A stretch of DNA of 49,882 nucleotides, taken from IMG/VR virus record IMGVR_UViG_3300005826_000013, positions 1 to 49,882 of that record; one strand, written 5' to 3'. Shown one piece after another: positions 28,278 through 37,842 of this stretch. A model generated the notes under the pieces. That model ran no database searches and was not told where the DNA came from. It was given only the letters and a program-made list of their open reading frames with translations. Source of the DNA: a virus. A program made the position numbers and the translations under genes. The stretch's first letter is position 1. Each line of letters begins with the position of its first letter.

Positions 28278-31091
28278 TCAGTTCACCGGGACTACCGTGA
28301 ATGCGCGGTCGTAACTTTTGCCGTAGTCCTGCTCCACGCACGCGCCGTTGATGGGCGGCACACCTAGACAGAACGTGTCGTTCTTGTCATAGGGTCGGAG
28401 CAGCTCTCCTGGGACATCAACGTTCTTAAACGTGATTCGGGCTCGCTGTCTCCACGTCGCAGGGACTGGCAGCGGTACTTTGTTCGTCAGCGAGCCTCTG
28501 AGTATCGAATCACGAAACTGTGGGAGCGCCAACTCCGAGATCTCGCGCCACTCCGGATGCTCGTCCGGTATCGCAGCGAGCATCTCTTCCCACACAGTAA
28601 AGGCGTTCGCCTTCAGCCACGAGGACCACTCCGCCTTCTCTGGGTCGTTCATCACGGGATACGTACTCTTGATGTCCCATCCCGTACACGCTGGCTCTCC
28701 GTAGCATGTCTGTTGGTAGCCGTCTATAGAGAGCGTCAGCTCTGGGAGAGACGCCCAGTCCGCCTCGTCGAATCCTGGCTCGCCCCACTTCAGCCTCTCC
28801 CACTGACCGTTGACGATAGCGCCAGTGTCGCACGTGTTCATCGCTTCACGCCAGCGGTAGCTCGCTCCCCATCGAACGTATTGATCAACGTTGCGCCGGA
28901 TGACGTGGACGTCTCGCAGATCGTGGATGCCGCAGACGTAGACCTCCAGCGGGTGCATTCCCTCGAAGACGCGGGTAGCGGGCTGCATCGGGTTCGAGCC
29001 GACCGGCAACACCGAGCCATCGAGCTGGACGTTCGAGACGGAGACCCGCTCGATGATGCAACGGCGGGCGATGCACCGGAGCGCGTGCCCCCATCCTGGA
29101 GATTCGAAGGTAGAATCGTATACCCACGCCATCGCAGCACCATCAATATACGCGAGGTGGGAGGACGCCATCTGGAAGTGCGACCGCCCGATCTCGACGT
29201 AGAGGTGATGGGCGCTCGGTGACGTGATGAAAGCGTGGTGCCCACACTGAGTCACGTCCGAATCACGCACGATGAAGAATCGCCGCTTGTTGGGAACGCC
29301 GATGCAGTCTCCATTCGCTACATTCATCTCAGGGCGCATAACGCGAGCCTTGCCGGGAGAGACGTCGAGGTGCTCGACAATCTGTCCTCCCTCCTCGATG
29401 ATTCCCTTGAATGATAGCGTCCCGCTCACGCCAGCAACGATGGGGCGCTCTCCGTTGGGTCCAAGGACACCAACGACGCGTACGCATCGCAGAGCCGACG
29501 TGGATAGTGGGGGATAGGGCTCAGGACGCCAATGCACGCGCACTGTTACTCTGTCTGTCGTGCGGCTGAGTTGACGTACTGCATCGGCTTCGTCGTCCGT
29601 GGTGACGTCGTACACCGACCAGTCGGCCACAGGACCACACACGTGCTCGACAATAGAGTCGCCGGGCGGGTCGGCCCAGTACGGGTTCGCTCCGAGGTCT
29701 CCCTCGACTGGCGGGGGCGGAGGCGGCGGCGGCGGAAGAACAATCTCCCGCTCGCAGGTGGCAGAGCACCCGTCGCCATCGATGTTGTTGCCGTCGTCGC
29801 ACTGCTCGGTGCCCTGAAGGACGCCGTCACCGCAGACGGGCTCGTCCGGCGGCGGAGGCGGAGGCTCCTCGCCGTTCAGTCCGACGTAGAACACCGGCTT
29901 GTCGAAGCCGTTCAGGACCACGAGCCTGCCGCCGCATACGGAGAATCGTCCGAAGGTTCCGGCGTTGAATTGATCGCCTGGGTCTTCTCCGCCTATCTCG
30001 ACTGTACGCCATGTCTCTGTGGAAACGTCGAGCGCGACGAAGACGTGGCCGCCGAGCCAAAACAAGATTTCGCCTGTCGGCTCCCACCACGTCACGCCGG
30101 GATACCTAACCTCCGACATCAAGTAGGAAGGTCGCCCATCGAGCGCTGGGACCTGAAAGTCTGAGAGTGCGTGGCCGTCCTCTCCGTTTTCAAGTTGAGC
30201 CCGCGTGCGTGTCCAGAGCCCTCGCGCGCCACCGACCGCATAGAAGCTGTCCGTCAGCGGTGAATACTCGATGCCAGTCTCGTGGTTCGATCCACCAGCC
30301 CCTCCTGACCATGCGCCCGTTGCGAAGTCATAGATGTCCACACCGCGATAGCTGATCTTGTAAAGCTTGCCATCGAGATAGAAGACAGAGCCGCTGATAC
30401 CTGGGCGAGATGGATCGGAAGCTAGCGGAGACCACGCCGAAGGAGGCGCGACCACACCAGGTGCGGGCACTTCGAAACGCCATGAGGTCGGAGAGTCGCC
30501 GGCTGTTCCGCTGCTCCACACCGATCCGCCGATCGCGTAGAGATATTGACCGTCCGTCGTTAGCGTGTCGTAGGTGTGCCTAGCAACGGGAGTGCCATCC
30601 GGATTCGTCGGTCCGTTCGATGGTAGCGCTCGCGTCGGCCAGGACGGCATCGACATTCTCCGCCACTGTCCCGTGTGGACGTTGATCGCAAATACTCCGT
30701 TATTCGCACCGTCGCCATGCCCGCCGCCCCACACTGCAAGCTCATCGCCGAGACACACACCGCCTCCCCAATTTTTCTGTATCGCCTCGAAGGAGCGGGA
30801 CGCGCCCTGGTCGTCCCATCGATCGTCGATTCCAGGGTCGAAGATGGAGAGCATCTCGGAGCCTGGGATCGATACCCACATGCCGTCTTCGAGATTGCCT
30901 GATGGCGGCGGCTCCGGAGCGGAGTCGATACACCCTTCGCCAGCGACGAACGCTTGCCCAACGGGGCACTCGCACGCCGTCGTCCAGTCCCCGCCGCTCT
31001 GGAGGCATTCGAGCCGGTCAACGCGCGGTTCGAGCTCCTGCGTCCAAGCGACAGTCGCCACCAACATCAACGCAACAAGAAGTCGTTTCAC
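28278..31091 (-). CDS. Signal-peptide-bearing multidomain protein (937 aa): Kelch-like propeller, Myxococcus-type Cys-rich repeat, poly-Pro linkers, large C-terminal domain
   Basis: GTG start after TAGGAGG. KRLLVALMLVATVAWTQE. GGGHGDG and repeated GG/W blades. CGDGVLQGTEQCDDGNNIDGDGCSATCE. PPPPPP and PPPPPPPPP runs. Confidence 0.75.
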   Translation of the reverse strand: MKRLLVALMLVATVAWTQELEPRVDRLECLQSGGDWTTACECPVGQAFVAGEGCIDSAPEPPPSGNLEDGMWVSIPGSEMLSIFDPGIDDRWDDQGASRSFEAIQKNWGGGVCLGDELAVWGGGHGDGANNGVFAINVHTGQWRRMSMPSWPTRALPSNGPTNPDGTPVARHTYDTLTTDGQYLYAIGGSVWSSGTAGDSPTSWRFEVPAPGVVAPPSAWSPLASDPSRPGISGSVFYLDGKLYKISYRGVDIYDFATGAWSGGAGGSNHETGIEYSPLTDSFYAVGGARGLWTRTRAQLENGEDGHALSDFQVPALDGRPSYLMSEVRYPGVTWWEPTGEILFWLGGHVFVALDVSTETWRTVEIGGEDPGDQFNAGTFGRFSVCGGRLVVLNGFDKPVFYVGLNGEEPPPPPPDEPVCGDGVLQGTEQCDDGNNIDGDGCSATCEREIVLPPPPPPPPPVEGDLGANPYWADPPGDSIVEHVCGPVADWSVYDVTTDDEADAVRQLSRTTDRVTVRVHWRPEPYPPLSTSALRCVRVVGVLGPNGERPIVAGVSGTLSFKGIIEEGGQIVEHLDVSPGKARVMRPEMNVANGDCIGVPNKRRFFIVRDSDVTQCGHHAFITSPSAHHLYVEIGRSHFQMASSHLAYIDGAAMAWVYDSTFESPGWGHALRCIARRCIIERVSVSNVQLDGSVLPVGSNPMQPATRVFEGMHPLEVYVCGIHDLRDVHVIRRNVDQYVRWGASYRWREAMNTCDTGAIVNGQWERLKWGEPGFDEADWASLPELTLSIDGYQQTCYGEPACTGWDIKSTYPVMNDPEKAEWSSWLKANAFTVWEEMLAAIPDEHPEWREISELALPQFRDSILRGSLTNKVPLPVPATWRQRARITFKNVDVPGELLRPYDKNDTFCLGVPPINGACVEQDYGKSYDRAFTVVPVN

Positions 31092-31099
31092 AGAACCTC

Positions 31100-31411
31100 C
31101 TAACGCCGACCGAGGTAAATAAAGATCCGTCCACCCGTCGGAATATTCGTTGCAAACAGACTCTTGTTCTGGACGCAGACATTCCCTTCGACAGCGAACT
31201 CACCAGGAGGAGTCGAGCCGTCGGCTGCCGCCGCATACTTCGGAACGATGTCGATGCCTCCAGAGCCGTCGGTCAACTGGAAGTCCGCAGCCTCGCTCAC
31301 AGCCGTCGTCTCGAAAGCGACGTATCGAACGTAGGGCGGAGCGTCGGTGAACGCAAGTTCGTCGGAGTCCGCTGTCATAACGACCAGGTCTCCGTTTCGA
31401 GTAACAGCCAT
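31100..31411 (-). CDS. Hypothetical protein (103 aa)
   Basis: ORF track. GGAGG RBS. Confidence 0.55.
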   Translation of the reverse strand: MAVTRNGDLVVMTADSDELAFTDAPPYVRYVAFETTAVSEAADFQLTDGSGGIDIVPKYAAAADGSTPPGEFAVEGNVCVQNKSLFATNIPTGGRIFIYLGRR

Positions 31412-31422
31412 TGAAAGCCTCC

Positions 31423-31461
31423 GAAAACTTGGGGGCCGAAGGCTCGTCGCCTCCTAGCCCC
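31423..31461 (-). terminator. Candidate intrinsic terminator after the capsid/beta-helix genes
   Basis: Minus strand: GGGGGCuaggAGGCgacgaGCCUucgGCCCCC followed by aagUUUU, 9 nt after the stop at 31470. Confidence 0.45.
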
Positions 31462-31469
31462 CTCTCAAC

Positions 31470-32453
31470 TTAGACCGCAGGCTCAACGGCAATACCGCTC
31501 GTCGCAGCAATACCGCTCGCACCAACGATCAGGATGTTACCCGTGTCCCCAGCATCCCACTCCGCCGCTCCATAGAGCCCGCAGTTCTTCAGGACGATCG
31601 TTCCACCCTGCGAAGCATGAAGGTCGAAAGCCTCCGTCATCGCAGTAGCCGCCGAATCGACGGGGTTGTAGAAGATACAGTCCTCGAAGATCAACACACG
31701 GTCCATCGAGCTCGAATTGGCAATGAGGAACTGATGAGTGTTCGCTTCAGCGTTCGTCGGGATGATGCAACGACGGAAGACATTCCGAGCTGCGGAATTG
31801 CCGCTTCCATCGAGCAAAATCTCACTGTTCGCCGCAGTGCCACGCGCAATCGTATCGAGACCGATCACACACTCTTCGAAGAGATTCTCAGCGCCCTGAA
31901 GCGACAGCGAGGCTGCGCCGGCCACATCCATCGTCGCATGACCAATCCCAGCGAAGTGACACCTGAAGAAGTAGTTCCGATCTCCCGAGACTCTCACCGC
32001 GATCTTCGACGTCGCGTCACCCACACCATGAAAGACGTGGAGATTAGCGAAGACTCCGTTATCGCAAGAGATCGTTACGAGAGGCGAAACACCTGTCGCC
32101 GTCGACAACTGCGCAATACGACTCCGCATCGCGAAGACACCGCCAGCGTTCTGACCGAGAATCCTCGTTCCGTCTTTGGAGATCGTCAGCGTCGACGACT
32201 GATAGTCCGTCGTAGACGCCGCCGAATTGCTCTCCGCAAACGCGACGATCGTGTCCTGCTTATCCGCCGTGACAAGAGAAAGCGCCTGCGAATACGTCTT
32301 GACCGCTTGGTCAGGAGTCTTCCCAGTCTTCCCATCATCACCCGAACTCGGCTTCAGGAAGATCACTCGGCCCTGAGACATCGGAACACCCAGACCCACG
32401 GGCAGCCCATAGGAATAGAGTCCGTTCGGAAAGTTCGTTCCCGGCTGAGTCAT
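31470..32453 (-). CDS. Right-handed parallel beta-helix (pectate-lyase-fold) protein (327 aa)
   Basis: Successive ~22-aa coils: NGVFANLHVF, NYFFRCHFAG, NLFEECVIG, NVFRRCIIP, VLIFEDCIFYN, TIVLKNCGLYG. Confidence 0.7.
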   Translation of the reverse strand: MTQPGTNFPNGLYSYGLPVGLGVPMSQGRVIFLKPSSGDDGKTGKTPDQAVKTYSQALSLVTADKQDTIVAFAESNSAASTTDYQSSTLTISKDGTRILGQNAGGVFAMRSRIAQLSTATGVSPLVTISCDNGVFANLHVFHGVGDATSKIAVRVSGDRNYFFRCHFAGIGHATMDVAGAASLSLQGAENLFEECVIGLDTIARGTAANSEILLDGSGNSAARNVFRRCIIPTNAEANTHQFLIANSSSMDRVLIFEDCIFYNPVDSAATAMTEAFDLHASQGGTIVLKNCGLYGAAEWDAGDTGNILIVGASGIAATSGIAVEPAV

Positions 32454-32455
32454 GC

Positions 32456-33376
32456 TTAGCCCCCAGTCGAGATGTAGACGCCAAACGCCTCAGTGGCTCC
32501 AACACCAATCCGGCAATAGCCGTTGACCTTGACGTCCTTGGTGTCTTTGTCGTCATACGTCTCGAAGATCGGACGCTCTCTCCAAATAAACTGCATCGAG
32601 TGACCTGCGTCACCGTCCACAGCCGGATCCGAGATCAACGCCCAGAGGTCGGAGTCGTCCAGGTAGTGCGAGACGAACATCGAGATCCCTTTGTTCGAGA
32701 CCGTGTTGTCGTCACGCTCTGCCGAGTTCGGCTTCGCGTCCTGTTTGAAGATCTCCTCCGCGATGAATCGGAACGTCGGCGTAACAATACACTTTCGAGG
32801 AACGATCCTCACGGGCAAGCCCGCATGGTCCGTCAAGTTCTCGAAGTGCGTGTAAGCGTTCTGGACCTCGACATACGAAAGATCGGTCGTAGCCAAGTTC
32901 GAGAACGTTCCGCCCGTCCGCAAAAGATCATGGTTCGTCGCGGCGAGAGCCTTGCCATCCGCAGTCGCATAGGGAGCCGACGTCGAAGTGCAATTGTTGA
33001 AGAGAGAGGCTCCAAGAGTCTCAGCAAGATGAGAGAAAGAGATCGACAGAGCACCTGTCATTCCCTTCATCTTCCCATACTGATCGTCCGTCCACATCGG
33101 TCGAGTGATGCGGAAACCAAGAGCGTACTCTTTCATCGTGATCCGAAGGACATCTCCCTGCACGGGATCTTCGAAGTCGACACCCTGACCCTCGTTCTTC
33201 TCCGGCACAGTACCGAAGCCAGCGAACGTCAGGTCTTCTTCGAAGTTCCTCTGCGAGGAGAGCACATTCATAAACTGTGAATACTCCTCGGGGAAACGTC
33301 CGAACCGATTGAGAAAGATGCTCTTGAGCCCCGGTTCGAGCAGCTCAGCAGCACTCGCAGTTGAAAAAGCAGGCAT
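32456..33376 (-). CDS. Major capsid protein (306 aa)
   Basis: Strong AAGGAGA RBS. Size and position fit (portal-scaffold-decoration-capsid). Sequence style resembles HK97-fold capsid proteins. Not confirmed by search. Confidence 0.75.
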   Translation of the reverse strand: MPAFSTASAAELLEPGLKSIFLNRFGRFPEEYSQFMNVLSSQRNFEEDLTFAGFGTVPEKNEGQGVDFEDPVQGDVLRITMKEYALGFRITRPMWTDDQYGKMKGMTGALSISFSHLAETLGASLFNNCTSTSAPYATADGKALAATNHDLLRTGGTFSNLATTDLSYVEVQNAYTHFENLTDHAGLPVRIVPRKCIVTPTFRFIAEEIFKQDAKPNSAERDDNTVSNKGISMFVSHYLDDSDLWALISDPAVDGDAGHSMQFIWRERPIFETYDDKDTKDVKVNGYCRIGVGATEAFGVYISTGG

Positions 33377-33388
33377 TGTATTATCTCC

Positions 33389-33868
33389 TTATGCCCCACG
33401 GGGAATGATCTGAGCGCTTTCCCAGCGGAAATATACTCGTCCATCCACCGTGCCGACAGCATCTACCAAGCCAATGACGTGAAGCACGTCAGCCTGAGTA
33501 TCGCTGAGGTCGACGACGGTCTTCGCCGTCTCCCCAGTCACTGTCGACTTGATGTACGAGCATCGAAGCCCGACGTCGGTTTGCGCAAGAGTATGCGTCG
33601 CACCAGCCTCCGACGCGCTCGCGGTGTACCAATCGATCGTGTTGTGGAGGGTGACGCGCGTCAATTCGAGCGCAGTAGAGGGCGCATCCTGAGCTGCAAT
33701 ACCAACAGAACCTCCGGTATCCACAGCAATCAGGAGTTGCCCGTTCGTATCGAGCATCACCGGATCTCCCTTTTTGAACGTTTGTCCAGACTTCACAGGG
33801 AAATAGCCCGGATTGGAGTAACCCGACCCGTGCCCCGACTTTGCCCAATCCATGGCGTAGACGGTCAT
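33389..33868 (-). CDS. Head decoration-like protein (DUF2190-like, 159 aa)
   Basis: AAAGGAGA RBS. FKKGDPVMLDTNGQLLIA...VGIAAQDA resembles DUF2190 proteins found just upstream of capsid genes. Confidence 0.5.
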   Translation of the reverse strand: MTVYAMDWAKSGHGSGYSNPGYFPVKSGQTFKKGDPVMLDTNGQLLIAVDTGGSVGIAAQDAPSTALELTRVTLHNTIDWYTASASEAGATHTLAQTDVGLRCSYIKSTVTGETAKTVVDLSDTQADVLHVIGLVDAVGTVDGRVYFRWESAQIIPRGA

Positions 33869-33883
33869 GCTTTTATCTCCTTT

Positions 33884-34645
33884 TTACTTTCCAAGGAAGA
33901 CACGCCGAACGTCCGGTCCCAGCTCTTTCTCAAGATACGCAAGAATTCGCTGAGCCTTCGGTCCGCCCATATCTCCCTCTGTTACCTCTACACCCAGCTT
34001 CTCACCCTGGTTGTAGAGAGGACTTCGGGCTCTCGCCTCACCTCGACGAGTCTTGTCCCGAACCGCTTGCTTCAATCGCTCGTTCTGCTCACGGGTCGTA
34101 GCCATCAGAACGAGATCCCCACAAACAACAAAGCCTTCAGGCGACGTCGAGAACGCATACGTCCCACCACGCGCCATCGTCATCTTGTCAAAATCCTTCT
34201 TCACTACCGCCCACCGACCTCGCGCACGATGATAATCGACCATCGACTTGTGTCCCCACCGAAACGCCAACCGCGAGTCGAGGTGCTTCTCCGCGATCCA
34301 GTTGAGCTTGCGATCGCTCGGATTGAACCCAGGACCTTTCATCGAAGGCAGCGTCACCGGAATATCACCTTCGAGATAGGCTTCTCCCGACTTGAAGTCC
34401 TCGATCTGACGCATCAGCCTCTCAACGACTTCCTGTGCTGCACGAGCTTGCTCGATGAGATGTTGAGGAACTTCCGTCGGAGGCTCTGGCGATGGCGAAG
34501 CCACCGCTGCATCTTCAGGCTTCGTCTCAACCGTCGGAGCTGCCGGAGGCTTCTCGGCCTTGATCTCGTTGAGCTCGCTCTCCACCTTCTGCTCCGCAGA
34601 AGCCTCGGGCAACGGATTCTTTCTAGGTCTTCCTCGCTGTGCCAT
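33884..34645 (-). CDS. Head-module protein (253 aa) with an AT-hook-like N-terminus
   Basis: MAQRGRPRKNP, then a Pro/Glu-rich linker and a globular C-terminus. TAATG coupling to the scaffold gene. Confidence 0.55.
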   Translation of the reverse strand: MAQRGRPRKNPLPEASAEQKVESELNEIKAEKPPAAPTVETKPEDAAVASPSPEPPTEVPQHLIEQARAAQEVVERLMRQIEDFKSGEAYLEGDIPVTLPSMKGPGFNPSDRKLNWIAEKHLDSRLAFRWGHKSMVDYHRARGRWAVVKKDFDKMTMARGGTYAFSTSPEGFVVCGDLVLMATTREQNERLKQAVRDKTRRGEARARSPLYNQGEKLGVEVTEGDMGGPKAQRILAYLEKELGPDVRRVFLGK

Positions 34646-35376
34646 TACTTCTCCTCCCGAAATCCAAGGCTTCGAGCATAGCCGTCTTCGAACTTCGCAT
34701 CACGGCCATACCGCTGCTTGAAGTAGACCGAAGGCGAAACCCCCATACCCTTAGCGACAGCGATCTCCTCTCCATTGAGCTTGTCGAACGTCTCTTTCTT
34801 CGACTCCTTGCCGGTCGGAGCGTTGGGCGTCGGCGTCGGCTCCTTGAGCGCGTCCTGTCGATCCATGTCGTTCAACTCCTTCATATACTGCCCTCGCATC
34901 GAGTAGAAGACCTTCTTGACCGCTCCAGGCCGCTTCGCATGAGGATTCTCGTCGAACCAGTCTTTCATCAAGCGCTCAAGCCGACGGAAGTTCTTCGGAT
35001 CCTCTCCACGAACCTTCTCCCACTCCATGTCAAGAACCGCGTCCCGCAACTCCCCGATCTCACCAGACTGCGACTCGTGGTACTGCGTCAACCCACGCTT
35101 CAGCATCGCCGCAGCAAGCCGCGCAGTCGCACTTGGATAGTCTTCTTCAAAATCCTCTTGGGTTGGAAGAGGCTCTTCAGGCTCACGCGGTGTCGGAGCA
35201 GGTGCCGTCGCTCGCGCAGTCTTAAGAACCTGTGTAAACGTCTCACGGAGCTGCTGCGACGCCTGCTGCTCCGCTGCGAGCGACTGACGCGCCTCCGTAA
35301 GCTCTCTGAGTAGATCCTCCGCCGAAGGACTAGCCTTCGCTTCGGGCGTAGGGTCTTGGGTAACCGGGTCTGCCAT
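34645..35376 (-). CDS. Scaffolding protein candidate (243 aa)
   Basis: GAGAGGAG RBS. Helical, charged and Q/E-rich. Lies directly after the portal. Confidence 0.55.
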   Translation of the reverse strand: MADPVTQDPTPEAKASPSAEDLLRELTEARQSLAAEQQASQQLRETFTQVLKTARATAPAPTPREPEEPLPTQEDFEEDYPSATARLAAAMLKRGLTQYHESQSGEIGELRDAVLDMEWEKVRGEDPKNFRRLERLMKDWFDENPHAKRPGAVKKVFYSMRGQYMKELNDMDRQDALKEPTPTPNAPTGKESKKETFDKLNGEEIAVAKGMGVSPSVYFKQRYGRDAKFEDGYARSLGFREEK

Positions 35377-35429
35377 GACTCAATCTCCTCTCTAACATCT
35401 CTACTTCTCGGTTCAACAAGTGGTACAAC

Positions 35430-37463
35430 CTAAGACGCTCCCGCAGGATTTGGAGTCGCTGGGGCGGGCAATCCCCCGTTAATGGGTCGTCCTGGAGCAG
35501 TGCTTGGAGAGTATCCCGCTCCTGGGTTTGGCAGTAGCCCTTGAGGCGATCCCACGCCTGGCGTAGATCCACTTCCACTTCCACTTCCTTTTCCAACGTC
35601 GGCAAGAGGGGCCTGGACTGGACTGATGTCATCGAGAATTCCTCCGGGTTTAGGCAAAAGATTCTGCGTGTCCTTCGCAAACTCAAAAGTCTCCAGCTCC
35701 CGCTCCATCACAAGATGCGAAGCATCCATCGTCTGACGCAAATACGCTTTCAACGTCGGGTCGACAGCCTGGAGGTAATAGTTCAAGAACGTGATCTGCT
35801 GGGTGTTGTAAGCGACGAGGCGATCGTGGAGAATCCCCATCTCCTGCCGCAACACCGACTTGTTCAGTGACGCCGTCGACATCGTCGGCTTGATCATGAC
35901 GCGCCGCCGAAACGCCTCCTCACCCTTAAAGTGCCAGCGCAACAGCGTCGGAGCTTCGCGCGTCGCCATGTCTTCATCACCATCGACAAGAAGATCCGTC
36001 TGGTCTTCTTGATACGGGAACTCCAGGATCGGCGAGAACTGCGCATACAGCTCCAAAACCTGCATCCAGAACTCCGACAGACCCTCCCGAATCCCACCGA
36101 TAACCAAGTCGATACGACGCGACGCCTCTTGGAGAATCGCAAGCGTCGCTGTCGCTGTCGCGCGGTTGTCTTGCGTTCCACCAGCGGCAGCGTCGGGCAA
36201 GCCCGTCCGCCGATCCCCCGCATCCATCAACAACTGAAGGTCCGTCATCGACGTGTTGAAATTCGAGTCACCAAGCCTGAACACTTCGAGATCGTCCATC
36301 TCTCGAACGAACCAAATCCTCGCAGGGTGCCAGCGCTCATCAGGCTGAATCGTTCCACCCTCTTTCGCCTTGATTGTTTGCGTGTTCTTGAACGTGTTAT
36401 TATCTTGGATCTGGCGGAAAGTCACATCGACGTTTCGCTGAACGTCCTGCAACATCTCAGGCACGCCGATCGAATAAAAGATGCCGTCACGACGCATATA
36501 ATGAAAGTCGATAAACGGTCTGCGACGGTGTCGATAGTGCGAGTAGGCGAGTCGGGCAATGATACCAGTTGCAGGGTGGAGGTGGAAGTTAATCTCCTCC
36601 TCAATACCATCACCATCGATGTCGACTCGCGCGAATATATGGACCATGTCCACTTCGTCACTCGCCTTCGGACGCGACAAGCCCGCAGCATCTTCCCGCG
36701 CCTTCTGCACGGTATTGACAGTATTTTGGCCCGTGGGGATCAAGACTTGTGGTGCGCCTTCTTGACTCTGACCCGAGAAGAAGGTTTCGAGCTGCTCAGC
36801 GGCGTCTTCGGTGAAGAACCCCGAGTTCTTCCAGAGCCTGAGCTCGGGCAGCCGTAGCTTATACCGATATCCACACCAGGGCGCAGTCTGAGGATCCATC
36901 GAGTGAATGGGCTGAAGGTAATCTTCAGGATGAAGCACGCGAGGATTAGGGCGATTGAGCAAGTCGTCTTCGACCGGCACCATCTGGCCTTCGGCATTCA
37001 TTGTCTGGAATTTGACCGGACGATTCTCCCAAGGATTGTAGATCACGACGGTGCCGAACTTCGCCAAGATCATAAACGTCTGCGAGTACAGTGCGTAGAG
37101 CGGAATCTGCGTCTCTTCCACCCACTCCGACAGCTTCTGCGTCTCCCGCGCAAACGTCACCCACTCCGCCGACAACGGCCTCAACATTGCCTGCGGCGTC
37201 TGTCCAAACACTGCGCCCATGAACCGAGCGAACGCAATATCGACGTCCGTCGCCGTCTTAGGAATATGGCCGTCGCTTGCGCCCTCCCACGGCTTCTCAC
37301 TCTCCGCAGGCTTCACGTCGCCTTCGTAGTTCTTCACCCACTGCGCGTAATCGTCGACGATCTCTTGACGACCCGTCTCAACTGCTCGAATCTCCAAGAC
37401 GAACGTCTGACCGAGATCCATCAGCTCGGACGGCGTCAGCGAATCGATCTGTGGGACAGCCAC
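35430..37463 (-). CDS. Portal protein (677 aa)
   Basis: Size and position downstream of the terminase. Low-complexity G/S/P C-terminal tail. GTG start is uncertain (alternative ATG at 37421). Confidence 0.7.
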   Translation of the reverse strand: MAVPQIDSLTPSELMDLGQTFVLEIRAVETGRQEIVDDYAQWVKNYEGDVKPAESEKPWEGASDGHIPKTATDVDIAFARFMGAVFGQTPQAMLRPLSAEWVTFARETQKLSEWVEETQIPLYALYSQTFMILAKFGTVVIYNPWENRPVKFQTMNAEGQMVPVEDDLLNRPNPRVLHPEDYLQPIHSMDPQTAPWCGYRYKLRLPELRLWKNSGFFTEDAAEQLETFFSGQSQEGAPQVLIPTGQNTVNTVQKAREDAAGLSRPKASDEVDMVHIFARVDIDGDGIEEEINFHLHPATGIIARLAYSHYRHRRRPFIDFHYMRRDGIFYSIGVPEMLQDVQRNVDVTFRQIQDNNTFKNTQTIKAKEGGTIQPDERWHPARIWFVREMDDLEVFRLGDSNFNTSMTDLQLLMDAGDRRTGLPDAAAGGTQDNRATATATLAILQEASRRIDLVIGGIREGLSEFWMQVLELYAQFSPILEFPYQEDQTDLLVDGDEDMATREAPTLLRWHFKGEEAFRRRVMIKPTMSTASLNKSVLRQEMGILHDRLVAYNTQQITFLNYYLQAVDPTLKAYLRQTMDASHLVMERELETFEFAKDTQNLLPKPGGILDDISPVQAPLADVGKGSGSGSGSTPGVGSPQGLLPNPGAGYSPSTAPGRPINGGLPAPATPNPAGAS

Positions 37464-37467
37464 GAGA

Positions 37468-37842
37468 TTACTTCTTTGCCTTCGGCGTCTTCGACGACTT
37501 CGTCTTCTTCATCACGCTTTTGAGAACCCCTTCCCACGCTCCCTCATCATCTGGCCCTTGAGATTCGCCGACACTTTCTTCGACTTGTCGGGCCGCATCT
37601 TCGGAGCCTTCGTCCCGCCCCGAGCCGCTCCCATGTCCGGCTTCGAGTTCGACGGCGGCAACGGACTCTTCTTCTCTCGCCACGGAGCTCCGTTCGACGA
37701 CGTCGGCAGACCCTTCGGCGGAATCGCCTTCGCCAAGCTTCTCATCTTGTCGACCTTGACCTTCGTCATTCCGTACTTCATTCCTGCTGGCACGTTCAAC
37801 CTCCTGTCGTCTGCGACGCACTGCGCGACTCGCGGCGCTCAC
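37468..37842 (-). CDS. Acidic protein (124 aa) with a Lys-rich tail; frame uncertain
   Basis: GTGA-coupled start. An overlapping K/P-rich ORF (37512..37799) has equally coding-like third positions. Confidence 0.4.
   Translation of the reverse strand: MSAASRAVRRRRQEVERASRNEVRNDEGQGRQDEKLGEGDSAEGSADVVERSSVAREEESVAAVELEAGHGSGSGRDEGSEDAARQVEESVGESQGPDDEGAWEGVLKSVMKKTKSSKTPKAKK

Noticed and set aside
29690-29860. G-rich runs (ggcgggggcggaggcggcggcggcgg and similar) that could form G-quadruplexes.
   Set aside because: They are the antisense of CCN codons encoding the poly-proline linkers of gene 28278..31091. Coding explains them fully.
33479-34681. Long antisense ORFs, for example 33479..34681 (+, 400 aa), 35931..36857 (+), 1453..2319 (-), 243..866 (-), 24360..25154 (-) and 31617..32459 (+).
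   Set aside because: They lie opposite genes with clear motifs or coupling. They are extremely R/S/P/L-rich, lack RBSs and break the one-strand-per-arm layout. They are typical shadow ORFs of GC-biased coding DNA.
35330-35686. 118-aa ORF overlapping the portal 3' end and the scaffold start, with a coiled-coil-looking product and fairly coding-like third positions.
   Set aside because: It would cover the scaffold RBS and start codon and has no RBS of its own. I cannot tell it apart from a shadow frame of the low-complexity portal tail. It is worth a look only if proteomics is available.
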